DNA from: Clostridia bacterium
GTDB taxonomy: Bacteria; Bacillota; Clostridia; JAAYHZ01
Assembly: GCA_050950825.1 (NCBI GenBank)
Contig: JBMNIH010000005.1
Location: 86,688 to 150,687, forward strand
Direction: 5' to 3'
Length of the DNA stretch: 64,000 nucleotides
Positions 47,729 to 58,748 of the stretch are shown piece by piece. Within the stretch, counting starts at the first letter, position 1, and each line of letters opens with the position of its first letter. The notes below the pieces were generated by a model. That model worked only from the letters and a program-made list of their open reading frames with translations, searched no databases and had not been told where the DNA came from. The position numbers and the translations under genes are program-made.

Positions 47729-49747
47729 TTATTGCTTTCTTTTCGCTACGTGCATACGAAAATCCAACTCCGGCGGCGGTGTTGCATTTTCTCTGTCAAA
47801 GGCTTTGTTGTCCCTTTTCGCCTTCGCTTCTTCAATCTCGTACCAAAGATCGGTGATGCTGTTTTCTCCTTCCCGAATGTCGGGTACCGTAATGGATCCT
47901 TCTTCGTAAAGAAGCGCTTCCGCTTGCTCGATATGGCCCGTTCGTACGGAAGCAAAAGCCTTATACAGCTTCACTCTTCCCAAACGTAAAACCTCTTCAG
48001 GAAGCCGTTCGCACAAATCCAGCACCTTTTGGTTGTAGCCGTTAACAAGCAGCAGCTTGAGGGCTTCTTTTACAAGGGATTTGTCGTCCGGCTTCATTCC
48101 GGCCGCTTTTTCCGCCAGCAACGCGGCTTTTTCCGAATTTCCTTCCAAACGGGCGATGTGGGCAAGGCCATAGAGTGCCCAACAAGAAGGAGCCAGCATC
48201 ATGGATCGGTCCAAGCAAGCTTGGGCCTCCTTTAGCTTCCGCTCCGCAATCCGGATAACGCCCAAATGGAGCCATGCAGTGGCATTGTACCGGTCGGCAT
48301 TTTCAACGGCTTTTTCCAGTCTTTTTGTCCATTCCTTTTGGAACATCCAAGACCGCGGTTCCCGATCGGGGCTTTCTTCTTTCATATAGCCGTTTTTAAG
48401 AAGGTATGTCCAAGGCTGTTGGGGCGTATCCAATTCCCCGAAATCCAAATGAGTCGGAAGAGGATCCTCGCCGTCCGCTTCGCGGCGCATATTCTCAAGA
48501 GCGCCCCAACCGCTTCCCTTTACCATGATCTGTTCGGCAGGCTTTAATGCGATGGCTTTTGTTTTTCTTAAAAGCGCTTCCATTTCTTCCGCGGTAATCA
48601 ATCGATCCAGCTTTTCTTCCACTTCACGCCTTGCGGTTTTCCAATCTCCGTGGACCTTATCCCCTTCTGCGTTCATAGCGCCGTAGGCTTCTAACCACTC
48701 CCAAGCGGTTTTCGGGGGCATGGGTATGCATTCGTACTGGGTGCGTGCCAGCCCCGCTTGGATTTCGGCATATTTTCCGGAATACCTGTCATCGGTTAAA
48801 AACCGCTGCCATTTTTGTCCTCCCGGGCCTTGACCCCAGACGAAAAGCTTTCTTCCCTGCAGGCGGGACGTAGAAGCTTGTATCAAGCCGTAGCCTTCTT
48901 TATCCAATTGGCAGATGTATTTTCTATTGTTGTCTTCGATTCTCCAAAAGTAATCGATGGCATAAGGATTGTTAACAGGGTAAGTTACATCAATACCTTC
49001 GACAACGGGAACAGGGGTTTTGCCGATAGCGCCTCCCTTGCTCGTATAGGCCGCATCGGCAGGTACGATGACACGCCCGTCCTTGATTTCCGGAACGGCG
49101 ATGTTGCTCCACCAATACATGGGAACCGTCTCCGCATTCGGATTCACGATTCGCATGCGGCAGAAAAGGAGCTTCGAATCTTCCGGCAAGAAGAAATCCA
49201 TCTGGTACACGCAGCGCCGTATTCTTTCGAATTCGTACATCCTTAAAACCTTTGTATTGTCCTCGGCGGTAAGTACCGCGGTGAACAAGGGAGAGCAAGT
49301 AAAGGGATGGTGCCCTACCACGCCGCAGTTCCACTCCACCCCTCCCGAAAACCATGCATTTCGGAAGGCCAAGTTGGCAGGCCGAAAAACCGGATTCGAA
49401 AAAGTAAGCTCCCGATTTTTATCCTTGTCATACAAAGACCATAAGCGGCCTCCCAAGGTAGGAGCAAATACGGCTTTCAAGTGCTTGTTTTCCAAAACCG
49501 CCGTTAATAGCTTCGTATCTTTTAACTCCCGATCGTACATATCCTGCAAGCGATAGGGAAACGGACTGTCCACAAAACCGAAACCGATAAACAAACCGTC
49601 GTCCTCGTCCAAATTCGTTTTTCTTTGCTGCTGTACGTTGATCATACCGGCAATGGGAGGCAAACTGCTTTCACCGTTAAGATCGGCACCCTTCATGTGC
49701 CGCATTTCGAAAGTCAATGAACTCATAAGAAACTCCGTCCTTTCCAA
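47729..49747 (-). CDS. DUF5107 domain plus TPR protein
   Basis: LENKHLKAVFAPTLGGRLWSL, AWFSGGVEWN, YWWSN and YAEIQAG; C-terminal TPR-like helices. Confidence 0.82.
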   Translation of the reverse strand: MERTEFLMSSLTFEMRHMKGADLNGESSLPPIAGMINVQQQRKTNLDEDDGLFIGFGFVDSPFPYRLQDMYDRELKDTKLLTAVLENKHLKAVFAPTLGGRLWSLYDKDKNRELTFSNPVFRPANLAFRNAWFSGGVEWNCGVVGHHPFTCSPLFTAVLTAEDNTKVLRMYEFERIRRCVYQMDFFLPEDSKLLFCRMRIVNPNAETVPMYWWSNIAVPEIKDGRVIVPADAAYTSKGGAIGKTPVPVVEGIDVTYPVNNPYAIDYFWRIEDNNRKYICQLDKEGYGLIQASTSRLQGRKLFVWGQGPGGQKWQRFLTDDRYSGKYAEIQAGLARTQYECIPMPPKTAWEWLEAYGAMNAEGDKVHGDWKTARREVEEKLDRLITAEEMEALLRKTKAIALKPAEQIMVKGSGWGALENMRREADGEDPLPTHLDFGELDTPQQPWTYLLKNGYMKEESPDREPRSWMFQKEWTKRLEKAVENADRYNATAWLHLGVIRIAERKLKEAQACLDRSMMLAPSCWALYGLAHIARLEGNSEKAALLAEKAAGMKPDDKSLVKEALKLLLVNGYNQKVLDLCERLPEEVLRLGRVKLYKAFASVRTGHIEQAEALLYEEGSITVPDIREGENSITDLWYEIEEAKAKRDNKAFDRENATPPPELDFRMHVAKRKQ

Positions 49748-49818
49748 GACCCGTTATATGAGGCTTTTATCCGATTACCACCATTATATCCGCCCTTTGT
49801 TGCGAATTGCAATATCGA

Positions 49819-50241
49819 TTACTTATTAAGGAAAAAGATGCCGACGCAGCATAAAACGATACCGATCAGCCGATTCAAGGTTATGGTTTCCTTGTATAAA
49901 AGTACGCCTACAAAAACCAGAACCACCGCCAGCCCGATGTTGGCTACCAAGGAACCGGTGCTGACATTCCATCCCGCTCGGTAAACCTTGATATACCCGA
50001 ATTCCAAGCCGATGATGGACAAGCCCAAGAGAATACTTGTCCAGTTCAGTTTTTTCATATCGTTTATGATAGCCGGATTTTCACCGAAAAAGTAGATAAG
50101 CAAGGATAAAATCGCTCCTACCGTGTAGGTTACAAACAAAGAAATAAACGGGTTCGCGTTTTGAGGCAACGATTTTGAGCAAATATGATAAAAAGTATTG
50201 GCTGCTATCACCAACAATAGCGGCCATATGTATCCCCACAT
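49819..50241 (-). CDS. EamA/DMT-family small membrane transporter
   Basis: Five TM segments; LLYKETITLNRLIGIVL. Confidence 0.8.
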   Translation of the reverse strand: MWGYIWPLLLVIAANTFYHICSKSLPQNANPFISLFVTYTVGAILSLLIYFFGENPAIINDMKKLNWTSILLGLSIIGLEFGYIKVYRAGWNVSTGSLVANIGLAVVLVFVGVLLYKETITLNRLIGIVLCCVGIFFLNK

Positions 50242-50297
50242 GTTTTTGACTCCTTTTTACTCACAGTGAAGATGATTATATCACAAAAGGAGCGAAT

Positions 50298-50322
50298 AAA
50301 AAAAGCAGCCGTCCGGGCTGCA
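50298..50322 (-). terminator. Intrinsic terminator after the Gfo/Idh/MocA gene
   Basis: Minus strand GCAGCC-cggac-GGCTGC followed by T7. Confidence 0.7.
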
Positions 50323-50338
50323 TCATCTTCTTGTCGGG

Positions 50339-51352
50339 TTACAAATATATCGTTTTACCCGTTTCAAAGGATTCCAGTACCGCCAAGCCCACCCGTAGGG
50401 ATTCTTGTCCGTCTTTTATCGTTACCTTCGGTTCTTTGTTTTGTATAATTGAATCTAAGAAGTCTCCCATCTGGTCGCCGAACATATCGTTGCGTTCGAA
50501 CGGAACAGGCTCTTCCAATCCCCCCTCCCGCACGATTGTCAAATATTGGAGATGTTCGTTTTCGGAAGGCGGTACGCCTTTTGTCGGTGCGTTGAACAAC
50601 AGCGCTCCTTCTTCTCCCAAACAATCGTGAAGACTTCCTGCACGAATACCTTTTTTAAGCCCCCAAGACCACATCAGCTGCAGCCGATCACCTGATTCAT
50701 AAAGGACTTCGGCGATTCCGGTGTCGATGCCGTCGCGGTCCTTTTGTATGACGGTGCCTCGTGCGGTAACACATTTGGCTTTTCCGAACGTAATATTTCC
50801 GAAATCGTAGTTATGTACGGCACCGTCTAAAAAGGGACCGCCTCCCTTTTCTCTTTGGAAGAACCAAGGCGAAGGCGCACCGTGGCTTCCGCCGGCGGAA
50901 CGCCAAACCACCGGCCTTCCTAATTTCCCCGATACCACCGTTTCTTTAAACTTCAGCCATTGGTTGTCGTAGCGTCTTACAAAACCGATTTGGAATTTCA
51001 CTCCGGCTTTAACACAAGCCCTCTCCATTTCGTAGGCTTCTTCCATGGTCATGGCCATAGGCTTTTCGCAGAATATGTGTTTTCCGTTTTTCGCAGCCTC
51101 CACAACCAAATCCTTATGTAAAAAGGTAGGAACACAAACGCTGATCGCGTCAATATCCGCCCTTTGTAGGATTTGGTTGTAGTCGGAAGCCGTTTCTTTG
51201 ATTCCGAATTTCTCCGTCGCAAGCTTTCGGCGCTCCTCCAAAGGGTCAACGATAGCAGTCACTTCCGCCTTTTCGCTGTGCTTTAAATAGCTTCGGACAT
51301 GGACCTCTCCGATAGATCCGAAGCCGATTATCGCCAATCTTACTTTTTCCAT
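50339..51352 (-). CDS. Gfo/Idh/MocA-family oxidoreductase
   Basis: IIGFGSIG, CEKPMA and GGGPFLDGAVHNYD. Confidence 0.92.
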   Translation of the reverse strand: MEKVRLAIIGFGSIGEVHVRSYLKHSEKAEVTAIVDPLEERRKLATEKFGIKETASDYNQILQRADIDAISVCVPTFLHKDLVVEAAKNGKHIFCEKPMAMTMEEAYEMERACVKAGVKFQIGFVRRYDNQWLKFKETVVSGKLGRPVVWRSAGGSHGAPSPWFFQREKGGGPFLDGAVHNYDFGNITFGKAKCVTARGTVIQKDRDGIDTGIAEVLYESGDRLQLMWSWGLKKGIRAGSLHDCLGEEGALLFNAPTKGVPPSENEHLQYLTIVREGGLEEPVPFERNDMFGDQMGDFLDSIIQNKEPKVTIKDGQESLRVGLAVLESFETGKTIYL

Positions 51353-51549
51353 GACACCCTCCATATTTAATATCTTCCATATACAAGAATCATAAGAAAA
51401 TTGTATGGAGGAGTCAAGTTATAAGGGTAATGGAACAATAGAACGTACTTTTTTTCGATTTATCGGTTATACCGGACCGTAATTATTGAAAAAAGAGCAA
51501 GAAACAGACTTCTTCGTATGGTCGGGTATGTTCACTGTAATGGAAAAAA

Positions 51550-51880
51550 TGTTGGTTGGGTAGTTTATTGCTTTCCCCTGCCTCTTCTTTTACTTCATCC
51601 TCAGACATCCTTTCCATAAGCTTTAATAACAACTTCGGAGCTTCTGCCGGGGTTCTATCAAAGAGAGAATGTCCTTCTAACCATTGGTACTGATTACCGC
51701 TTACATGTATGCTTGGAGATACAACAATCAGTCCACCTGTTGAACGCGTATCAAAACCCGGTGCAAACTTGCTCTTATTTGAAATATTCCGGCCTTTGGG
51801 TATTTAAAGACATCGTGCCGACCTCCACTTCCCGTGACAGCAATAACCGTATCCGGTAGTTTTCTGTATGCTACAACAAA
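51550..51880 (-). pseudogene. Remnant of a bifunctional DNA primase/polymerase (Prim-Pol) of phage or plasmid type
   Basis: Hand translation LPDTVIAVTGSGGRHDVFKYP / (frameshift ~51795) / GFDTRSTGGLIVVSPSIHVSGNQYQW...PAEAPKLL matches the Prim-Pol motifs TxSGGxH and DxRxxGGxxVxPPSxHxSGxxYxW. Confidence 0.72.
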
Positions 51881-52006
51881 TTTTACACCGAAGAAATTTC
51901 ATTCTGCAAAAATAAACTGCAACTGAAAGTATTATCTATCAATTGCAGTCGAAATAGAGCAAATAATCAAAGCTATTTAATTAAGAATGCGTACAAAGGA
52001 TTGCAA

Positions 52007-54412
52007 TCAGAATTCTATACAAACACTTGCAATACCGTATGCATTTACTTCAAAAGCAACCTTGTCACCATCCACAGTAGCTTTTCCTCCATTTTCCAAA
52101 GGCTTCTCATTTAAGTCTACATAATATGCCTTGGCAATCTTTTTGGCAAATGTGAGAACGGCAACGGCATTTTTGCCTTCCACTTCATAAGCTCTTACAA
52201 TAAGCTTATTATCCGGTGCATCTTCAGGCTTTTTAACGGAAGACAGCATCACGCTGCCGCTTTCAAGGGACATAAAGCTTCCGCTACAAGGCAGCGGACC
52301 ATCATGTATCGTATTGGACACATAGCTTATGGGATGGTTGTAATCATATGCTTTTCTCACAAGCTCAATATCAGAACGGCCGTATACAATGCCTACTGCA
52401 AAATTGATCTTATGAATGCCGTTGTCAGGATAGGGATCCGGATCATAGGAGCTTCGGACAAGGGTTAAGGACATGGAATTGTCAAATCCCCTAAAACCGT
52501 ATTTTGTTTTTGTTACAAGCATTAGTGATTTTTCCCCGGATTCCTTATTCAACCCTACGATCCGGCTGTTGCCCGGAACATCCATATCCATCGGATTTCT
52601 TACTACGGTGCCGAAAGGTATATCGTATTTGTATGATTCACAGGTATACCCGACAGGCATGTGGAAATTCAACTGAGGCAAATACCGGCCTTTTTTGGCT
52701 CTCTCCTGCCAATCGCACTCTATCCGGTATTTCAGCATGGTACTGTCTTTGTCAAGGTATATGACCACATTCAACGAGGAATCCCGGAAATATATCCTGT
52801 ACTTTATCCATTGCCTCAATGCCGACTTGTCTATGTGAGCCTCGGATATCTTCACATTTTCATTAAGATTGTAAACGTTCATATATCTGCCGACTATCCA
52901 TGAACTCATACCCTTGTTGTCGTCTTCCTCAATCAGCCTGAATATGCCGGCAGGTCTGTTTGGATTAATCATCTCCTTACCGTTTGTCTTGTCAATCATG
53001 GATATGATGGAAGCGTTCCTCGTGTCGAACGTGACTTTAACAAGATTGTTTTCAAGCACATACTCATCGGGTCTCTCAACTCTCGGATCATTGGACAGGT
53101 AAACGGGAACCTCAACTAAATCCCTTTCTTTTAGAATATAAGTGCTGTAACCGTAAGCGGGAACCTTTACATCCACAAGAAGCTTCATGCAGGTATGTCC
53201 CCAATAACGGGAGTTCCAAACCCGGTATGTTTCATCCTCAAGCCTCTGGTGTCTTACTATGTTGTTGTCGGCATCCCTGAATTCGATTCTTTCTTTGTCG
53301 CCATCCCAATCCCATACGGTGATTTCAGCTCCTTCTCTGCGTTCATATGCGGAGGGGTTGAAAAAGTGGAATATTCTTGTCTTTCCTCTTCCTCTTTCCG
53401 CCTGAGGTATTCCAAAACTTTCAATGCCGTAACCTACCCCAGCACCTTCGGATGTTGTTTCCGAAATATCCTCTTCGGCAGCAACAAGCTCCGATGTGTT
53501 GATCTTTGATGCTATATTCCTCAATGAGGCACTTATTTCCGTATTGGCTGTTGCCAAAACCTTCTGAAACTCTCCCATGGCATATTCCCGCGTGTCTATG
53601 ACGCCCGAGCCGGGAAGGATGTCGTGGAAGTGGTTGAAAAGCACCTTTTCCCAAGCTTTCTTAAAGCTTTCCGAGCGGTATTTGCCATCGACGAAGGCAG
53701 AAGACAGTGCGCTGAATGCCTCCGCTTCATTGAGCTTCGCTTCACCTATCCGATTTGACATCTTGATTCGAGTCTGTGTGGTATAGCAGCCGGAGAATAT
53801 AAAGTTGAGTTCATCTTTCACCACCGGAAGCTTGTCATAAATTTTACTCAAAATATTGAAGTATTCTATAAACGTGCCAAACCTGATTTCAGGGAACACC
53901 GGCCAAGTTGACATATCCATAATTCTTTCGATATCTCTCCGTGTAGGGCCGCCTCCGTGATCTCCCACTCCATAAACCTTAAGCATGGTATCTATACCGT
54001 GCTTCGTGCAAAACTCCGGAACATGCAATGCCATGACAGGACTTATTTCCGCATTGTACCATTGCGGTTCTCTGTAAACCAATACGGAGCTTCCCGAGGG
54101 AGCTTGCCATTTGTATATATGGTATCCGTCATAACCCCTGCAGTGATAATAATACTTTATGCCGCCTTTGTTCAGTATTTCAGGGACATTTCCGTTATGT
54201 CCGAAGGTATCGGGCTCAAAATCGATCTGCAGCGAATCGGGATCCATATCAAGAAGATCCGATAAGTATTTTTTTGTATAAAGGATATGTCTTGAAAGGC
54301 TTTCACCGTTCGGCATATTCTTGTCGGTTTCCACCCATGTCGAGGCCGTTACCTCCCAGCGGCCCTCTTTCACTCTTTTCTTTATCTCTTCAAGCATCTC
54401 AGGGTTGTACAA
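52007..54412 (-). pseudogene. GH38 alpha-mannosidase, 5'-truncated
   Basis: Starts abruptly at YNPEMLEEIKKRVKEGRWE with no clear RBS; lacks the N-terminal HxD zinc-ligand segment; keeps PDTFGH, GDHGGG and FHDILPGS. Confidence 0.75.
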
Positions 54413-54606
54413 TAAACTTTACCACAAGCTCCACAACAACTACTGCTGCTATAAAATAACAATAAAAACATAAATAAACTCTGGATATTTTCCAATTTTC
54501 AGGGGGGATACAAGAATAACTGGTGAAAGCCAGTGAAATAGATGGTTTAGGTCAAAATTCGTTCAGAATTTTTGACACTACGGAAATGAATCAAGGGGGT
54601 AATTTT

Positions 54607-55188
54607 ATGAAATGTTTACATTGCGGGTTTGAAGATGAAGGCAATTTTTGCAGTAATTGTGGAAAGCCTTTGCCATCTGAAGAAACGAATATTTCAATTA
54701 AACTTGTGAACTCAATAAAAATTGGATTTGGAAAATCTTCTTCTGCAAATTTCGGCTATGCAATTGAGGTAATGGAACGACAAGCAACATACTCATTTGA
54801 TTCAGAGAAAAATATTCATTCGGCAATTTTCTCATCAGAGAATAATATTGAAGATTTTTTTGAAATTTTCGAGTTAGTGAAGAATTGGAAATCCAGTTTT
54901 GTTGAAATTAACGGGACAAGAGTTCCTCTTTCTAAAATTCGTAATGGTTTATCATGTTTTAGAGAAAGACAAAAAGCATTTGAGCCTGAAAAATATTGTT
55001 TTGGATATGATCCCGGTGATAATAGTATATATTCGACAAATCCATTAGGTTGCAGATTGTGCGGAATAACGAATTCTTATTGGAGAGGTGGCTGGTATAC
55101 CATCGGCAACCTTTCTGAATCAGGTGTTTTCCATGTGTCAAGTGTTTTTGAAAATGTCCCGAAAATTTTGAATGTAAAAGCACCATAA
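54607..55188 (+). CDS. Zinc-ribbon protein, 3' end probably interrupted by the IS
   Basis: CLHC...CSNCGKPL; AT-rich; codons after 55136 read into the putative IS terminus. Confidence 0.6.
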   Translation: MKCLHCGFEDEGNFCSNCGKPLPSEETNISIKLVNSIKIGFGKSSSANFGYAIEVMERQATYSFDSEKNIHSAIFSSENNIEDFFEIFELVKNWKSSFVEINGTRVPLSKIRNGLSCFRERQKAFEPEKYCFGYDPGDNSIYSTNPLGCRLCGITNSYWRGGWYTIGNLSESGVFHVSSVFENVPKILNVKAP

Positions 55189-56760
55189 GGCATGGTGCTT
55201 TTATACTAGAATGTAAAAAACATGTATAATGTTGGTAACGCTACAAGATTAATTTTGAATAAAACTCCGAAAATAATCATGACTAATAGAATTTAGTCAT
55301 CCCGAAGAAAGCCTAAACATTTTCTTATGTCTTTAGGCTTTAAAGAAGCTACATATTTTGTTTTTCTAGTTTAGGCAACATTTTCCTCTTGTTGTCTATG
55401 TGCCTGTTTTTTTAGATATCGTTCAAAAGAGGCTTGTTTCCACGGATGGCTCATGGGAGGTATATACTTTTTCCTTGGTTTCTCAGTAACAGGTTCGATG
55501 TCAAAGTTCTTTGATGTACGGCAATGTTCGGGAATTTCATCAAGGGCATAGACTTTTTCGTCCACACAAAAGAACATGTTACCGTCAAACGCCTTAATGA
55601 CCATACCTGAGGTACCTTTGCGATAATAAACAGGATAGCCGTTAGAGTCGACGGGCATGTAGTATGCATTATTAAATCTAATACAGTGCCCGTTATCGAC
55701 TTTTCTGGAGGTGAGAATAGCAAGCGTTAGATTAATTTTCTCGACATCAGGTTGCTTCTCAAAGACGGAGTTTGGTATTATTAACGGGTAATGCGAATTG
55801 AGCATTGAATTCTTTTATGTAAGCTTTTAAGAATTCATTGGCTTGCTCAATAGAGGTTACGCCTGCTAACCTCAACTCCAGGGGGAGTCGAGATTGAAGA
55901 GTTTGGAACATTCGTTCGACTCTTCCCTTGGCTTGAGGTACACTACTCGTTTTAATCTGAATTCCCAATTGCTTGCAAGCATAACCAAACTGTGTAAAAG
56001 TGTCTTCCTCAACAGAGGAAATGTTTTTCTTTTTGTATTCAAAAACAGTACGTTTATCAACAAAAAACATAAAAGGAATACCGTATTGGGTAAGTATTTG
56101 ATATAAAACATGATAATACCCGTTAAGAGTTTCCTGAGAATCAAAATATGCTCCGGTTATTGCTCCGGTAGCATCGTCAACGGCTATATGCAGATAACTT
56201 TTTTCGTTACCGAACCAAAGATGTTGCGATGCATCCATTTGAAGCATTTCGCCGACGTAGGCACATCTCGGACGTCTTGGATGCGCATCTTCAATTGCAA
56301 TAATGGCATTATGGATCTTCTCGGCTTCCTTTTTGGATTTTGCATCCTTTTGAGCCTCCTTAAGAAGTTTTTTAATCCTTTTCTTCGTGCTTCGCCTTGC
56401 CTTAGGAGACAGGATAAAGTCTTTCATGAGGATACTACGAATAGTGCTTGGAGAAGCGATTATATTTTCGTGTTTTTTTAACAATTCGGAATAATGAGTA
56501 AAGTTTGCGTCGTAGTATTTTGTGAGGTATAGATCGCGAATAAGCTGTACGGTTTCACTATCCAAAGTATGGACGGGTTTTCTGCCACGATTGCCGTGGG
56601 CGAAGTAAGACTTACCTTCTTGCAGGTAGCCTTTTATCATCCTGTTAATGTGCCTTACTGTACAATTTAGCTTCATAGCCGCTCTTTTTTTATTCCCGCC
56701 GGTCTCAACTAAATTTTTAATTGTTAAGTATTTTTCATTTTCTTCAGGTGTTAACAAGAT
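55136..56760 (-). mobile_element. IS1202-like (ISNCY) insertion sequence, probably truncated at the transposase 5' end
   Basis: Putative terminus TGTCAAGTGTTTTTGAAAATGTCC at 55136; DDE transposase; no matching inverted repeat found upstream of the transposase. Confidence 0.72.
55371..56757 (-). pseudogene. ISNCY/IS1202-family DDE transposase with a frameshift near 55770
   Basis: HGNRGRKP, GEMLQMDAS, VDDATG, TQFG and QAKGRVERMFQTLQSRL; continues in another frame as SVFEKQP...HPWK. Confidence 0.85.
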
Positions 56761-56903
56761 CTCTCCAGCCGGGTAATAACTAGCGGCTAAAGCTTTAAGC
56801 TATTTATTTACGTTAAAAATCCAGTGCAATTTGGTATTTTCTCATTTTATTCAAAAAAGAGGCTGCATTCACAGCCCCTTTGTGTTTTTGGTTTTTAACT
56901 TCG

Positions 56904-57368
56904 TTAAACTTGAGTTGTCAGGAATATGGGTAAGCCCATATGCTCGATTTGGTCTAACAGCTCTTCAAGTTCGTCCACGTGGCGGTCTTCATCGTTCAGA
57001 ATTCCTATGAGAATATCTCTTGTTGCATGATCGCCAACTTCAGCGGCTAAATCGATGGCTTCGTTGTATGCCTTGATTGCGCCTTCCTCTGCAGCCAAGT
57101 CATATTCCAGCTGTTTCGGAACGTCTTTGCCGATATGAATTTTGCTTAATTCGGTTACGATAGGTGTTCCACCGAGAAACAGAATTCTTCCAATAAGTTT
57201 TTCAGCATGTTTCATTTCTTGGATCGACCGTTTTTCAAAACTTTCGTGCAGCTTTTCATAGCCCCAGTCCTCACACATTTCCGCATGTACAATGTACTGG
57301 TTAATAGCCGCCAGTTCGTCTGCGAGCAAAGCATTCAGCTTTTCAATGAGTTTTGCGTTTCCCTTCAT
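56904..57368 (-). CDS. bfr: Bacterioferritin
   Basis: MKGN...ELAAINQY.VH, EMKHA, RILFLGGTP and DEDRH ferroxidase/heme motifs. Confidence 0.93.
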   Translation of the reverse strand: MKGNAKLIEKLNALLADELAAINQYIVHAEMCEDWGYEKLHESFEKRSIQEMKHAEKLIGRILFLGGTPIVTELSKIHIGKDVPKQLEYDLAAEEGAIKAYNEAIDLAAEVGDHATRDILIGILNDEDRHVDELEELLDQIEHMGLPIFLTTQV

Positions 57369-57845
57369 GAGTACATCTCCTCTCCTTTTAGTAGTGTCAT
57401 GAACTAAAATGGCATTTGATCATAACCATCTATTACACTAGCTTTCGCTAGCCATAACCGTATTTATCAGCCTTTAACTTTTACGAAGCCTTCCTACGGT
57501 ACAGGTTCCCCTACCCGATTCGACTTTTAAGATCCTTTATATTTCATCTTCCTAGATTTTCTTTATGCGAACTTGCTGTTTACAACTTCTTCGACACTAC
57601 TTTATATACATCGCCGCCGCAATAAGGGCGGTCTTTTGTTCATATCAAGCCGTGCTTGTACTTAATATTTTACCTATTTTAGTTCACTTTAGCAACCATA
57701 TATTTGAATTCGCCGGATTCTTACAAAGAAAGGTAATCCTTATCACCGTTTTAAAAAGAGAAATAGGCTTTTAGTGTTGCACAGCAGCCTATTTCCTTCT
57801 AATCGTTCCCCATTATTTCTTTTTACTTTTTCCAAATTCATTGGG

Positions 57846-58721
57846 TTAAAAACTTTCTCCGGCCAATTTCCCTTTTAACTTACCGTCTTTATAACTGATC
57901 CAATGGGTAGCATCTTCGATGAAATCCTCTTCATTCGGCAAGTTCTTAATGATGCTCGGCGGTATTTCCGCATTGTCAAAGCGTGCCGCCGAGCCGTTTT
58001 CTCCGCTGAAATAGGATCTGAAAACACACATGCCCATGATCTTTTCCCCATAGGTTCCGCCGATTTGGGTTTCGCAGTAGTATTGGGACACGTATCCTCC
58101 GTCGATCTTTACGTATTCAAAGACCAAAGCTTTCTCCCCGTTATTTTCCGCTTCAAGGCGCAAGGCATCCATATCGGGATAGTATTTTACATCCATGAAC
58201 AATTTCTCATCTTCATCCGTTTCCATGGTCATGGTGTAGTGGGTATCGCTTTCCTTTTTGAGCTCCGGATTTTTTAAGCTCTTACCCTCTCCTGCAAATG
58301 CTAGGAAAGCATACTCTTTATACTGAAGTTCCTCGTCTTCTAATGTCTCGCCCCAGTATATCAAAGGAGTCAAGTAGTGAAATATTCTAGCGTCGGGTAT
58401 GTACACCGCGGAAAGGCCTGTGACCAGACCTTCGTTAAGGGCTTTTTCCACGAGGAAAGTTTCGAATTTCATTCTTGCTTCAAGAAAAGTCAGGTAGTTT
58501 TCATCGCCGCCCTCTTTATAGCCCGATGCTCTCAAACCTTCTACATCTTCGTAATCTTCTTCGTCTTCGTAAGCTTCCTCGTCTTCTTCCTCTTCCCACT
58601 CTTCATCGTATTCATCCCATGAATCATCCTCATAGCCTTCCTTTTCCCCGCATGCTGCAAGGGAAAAAACAAGACTTACGCATAATAGAACAAGTAACAG
58701 TCTTTTAAACAATTCAAACAC
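57846..58721 (-). CDS. Hypothetical acidic lipoprotein
   Basis: Lipobox LAAC followed by a Glu/Asp-rich tract. Confidence 0.7.
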   Translation of the reverse strand: MFELFKRLLLVLLCVSLVFSLAACGEKEGYEDDSWDEYDEEWEEEEDEEAYEDEEDYEDVEGLRASGYKEGGDENYLTFLEARMKFETFLVEKALNEGLVTGLSAVYIPDARIFHYLTPLIYWGETLEDEELQYKEYAFLAFAGEGKSLKNPELKKESDTHYTMTMETDEDEKLFMDVKYYPDMDALRLEAENNGEKALVFEYVKIDGGYVSQYYCETQIGGTYGEKIMGMCVFRSYFSGENGSAARFDNAEIPPSIIKNLPNEEDFIEDATHWISYKDGKLKGKLAGESF

Positions 58722-58748
58722 CTCCGTAATTCCTTTTCACTTAACTTT

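Noticed and set aside
57420-57800. ncRNA or small ORF (57565-57774) upstream of bfr
   Set aside because: No RBS or recognisable family; only a terminator-like hairpin near 57758-57797.
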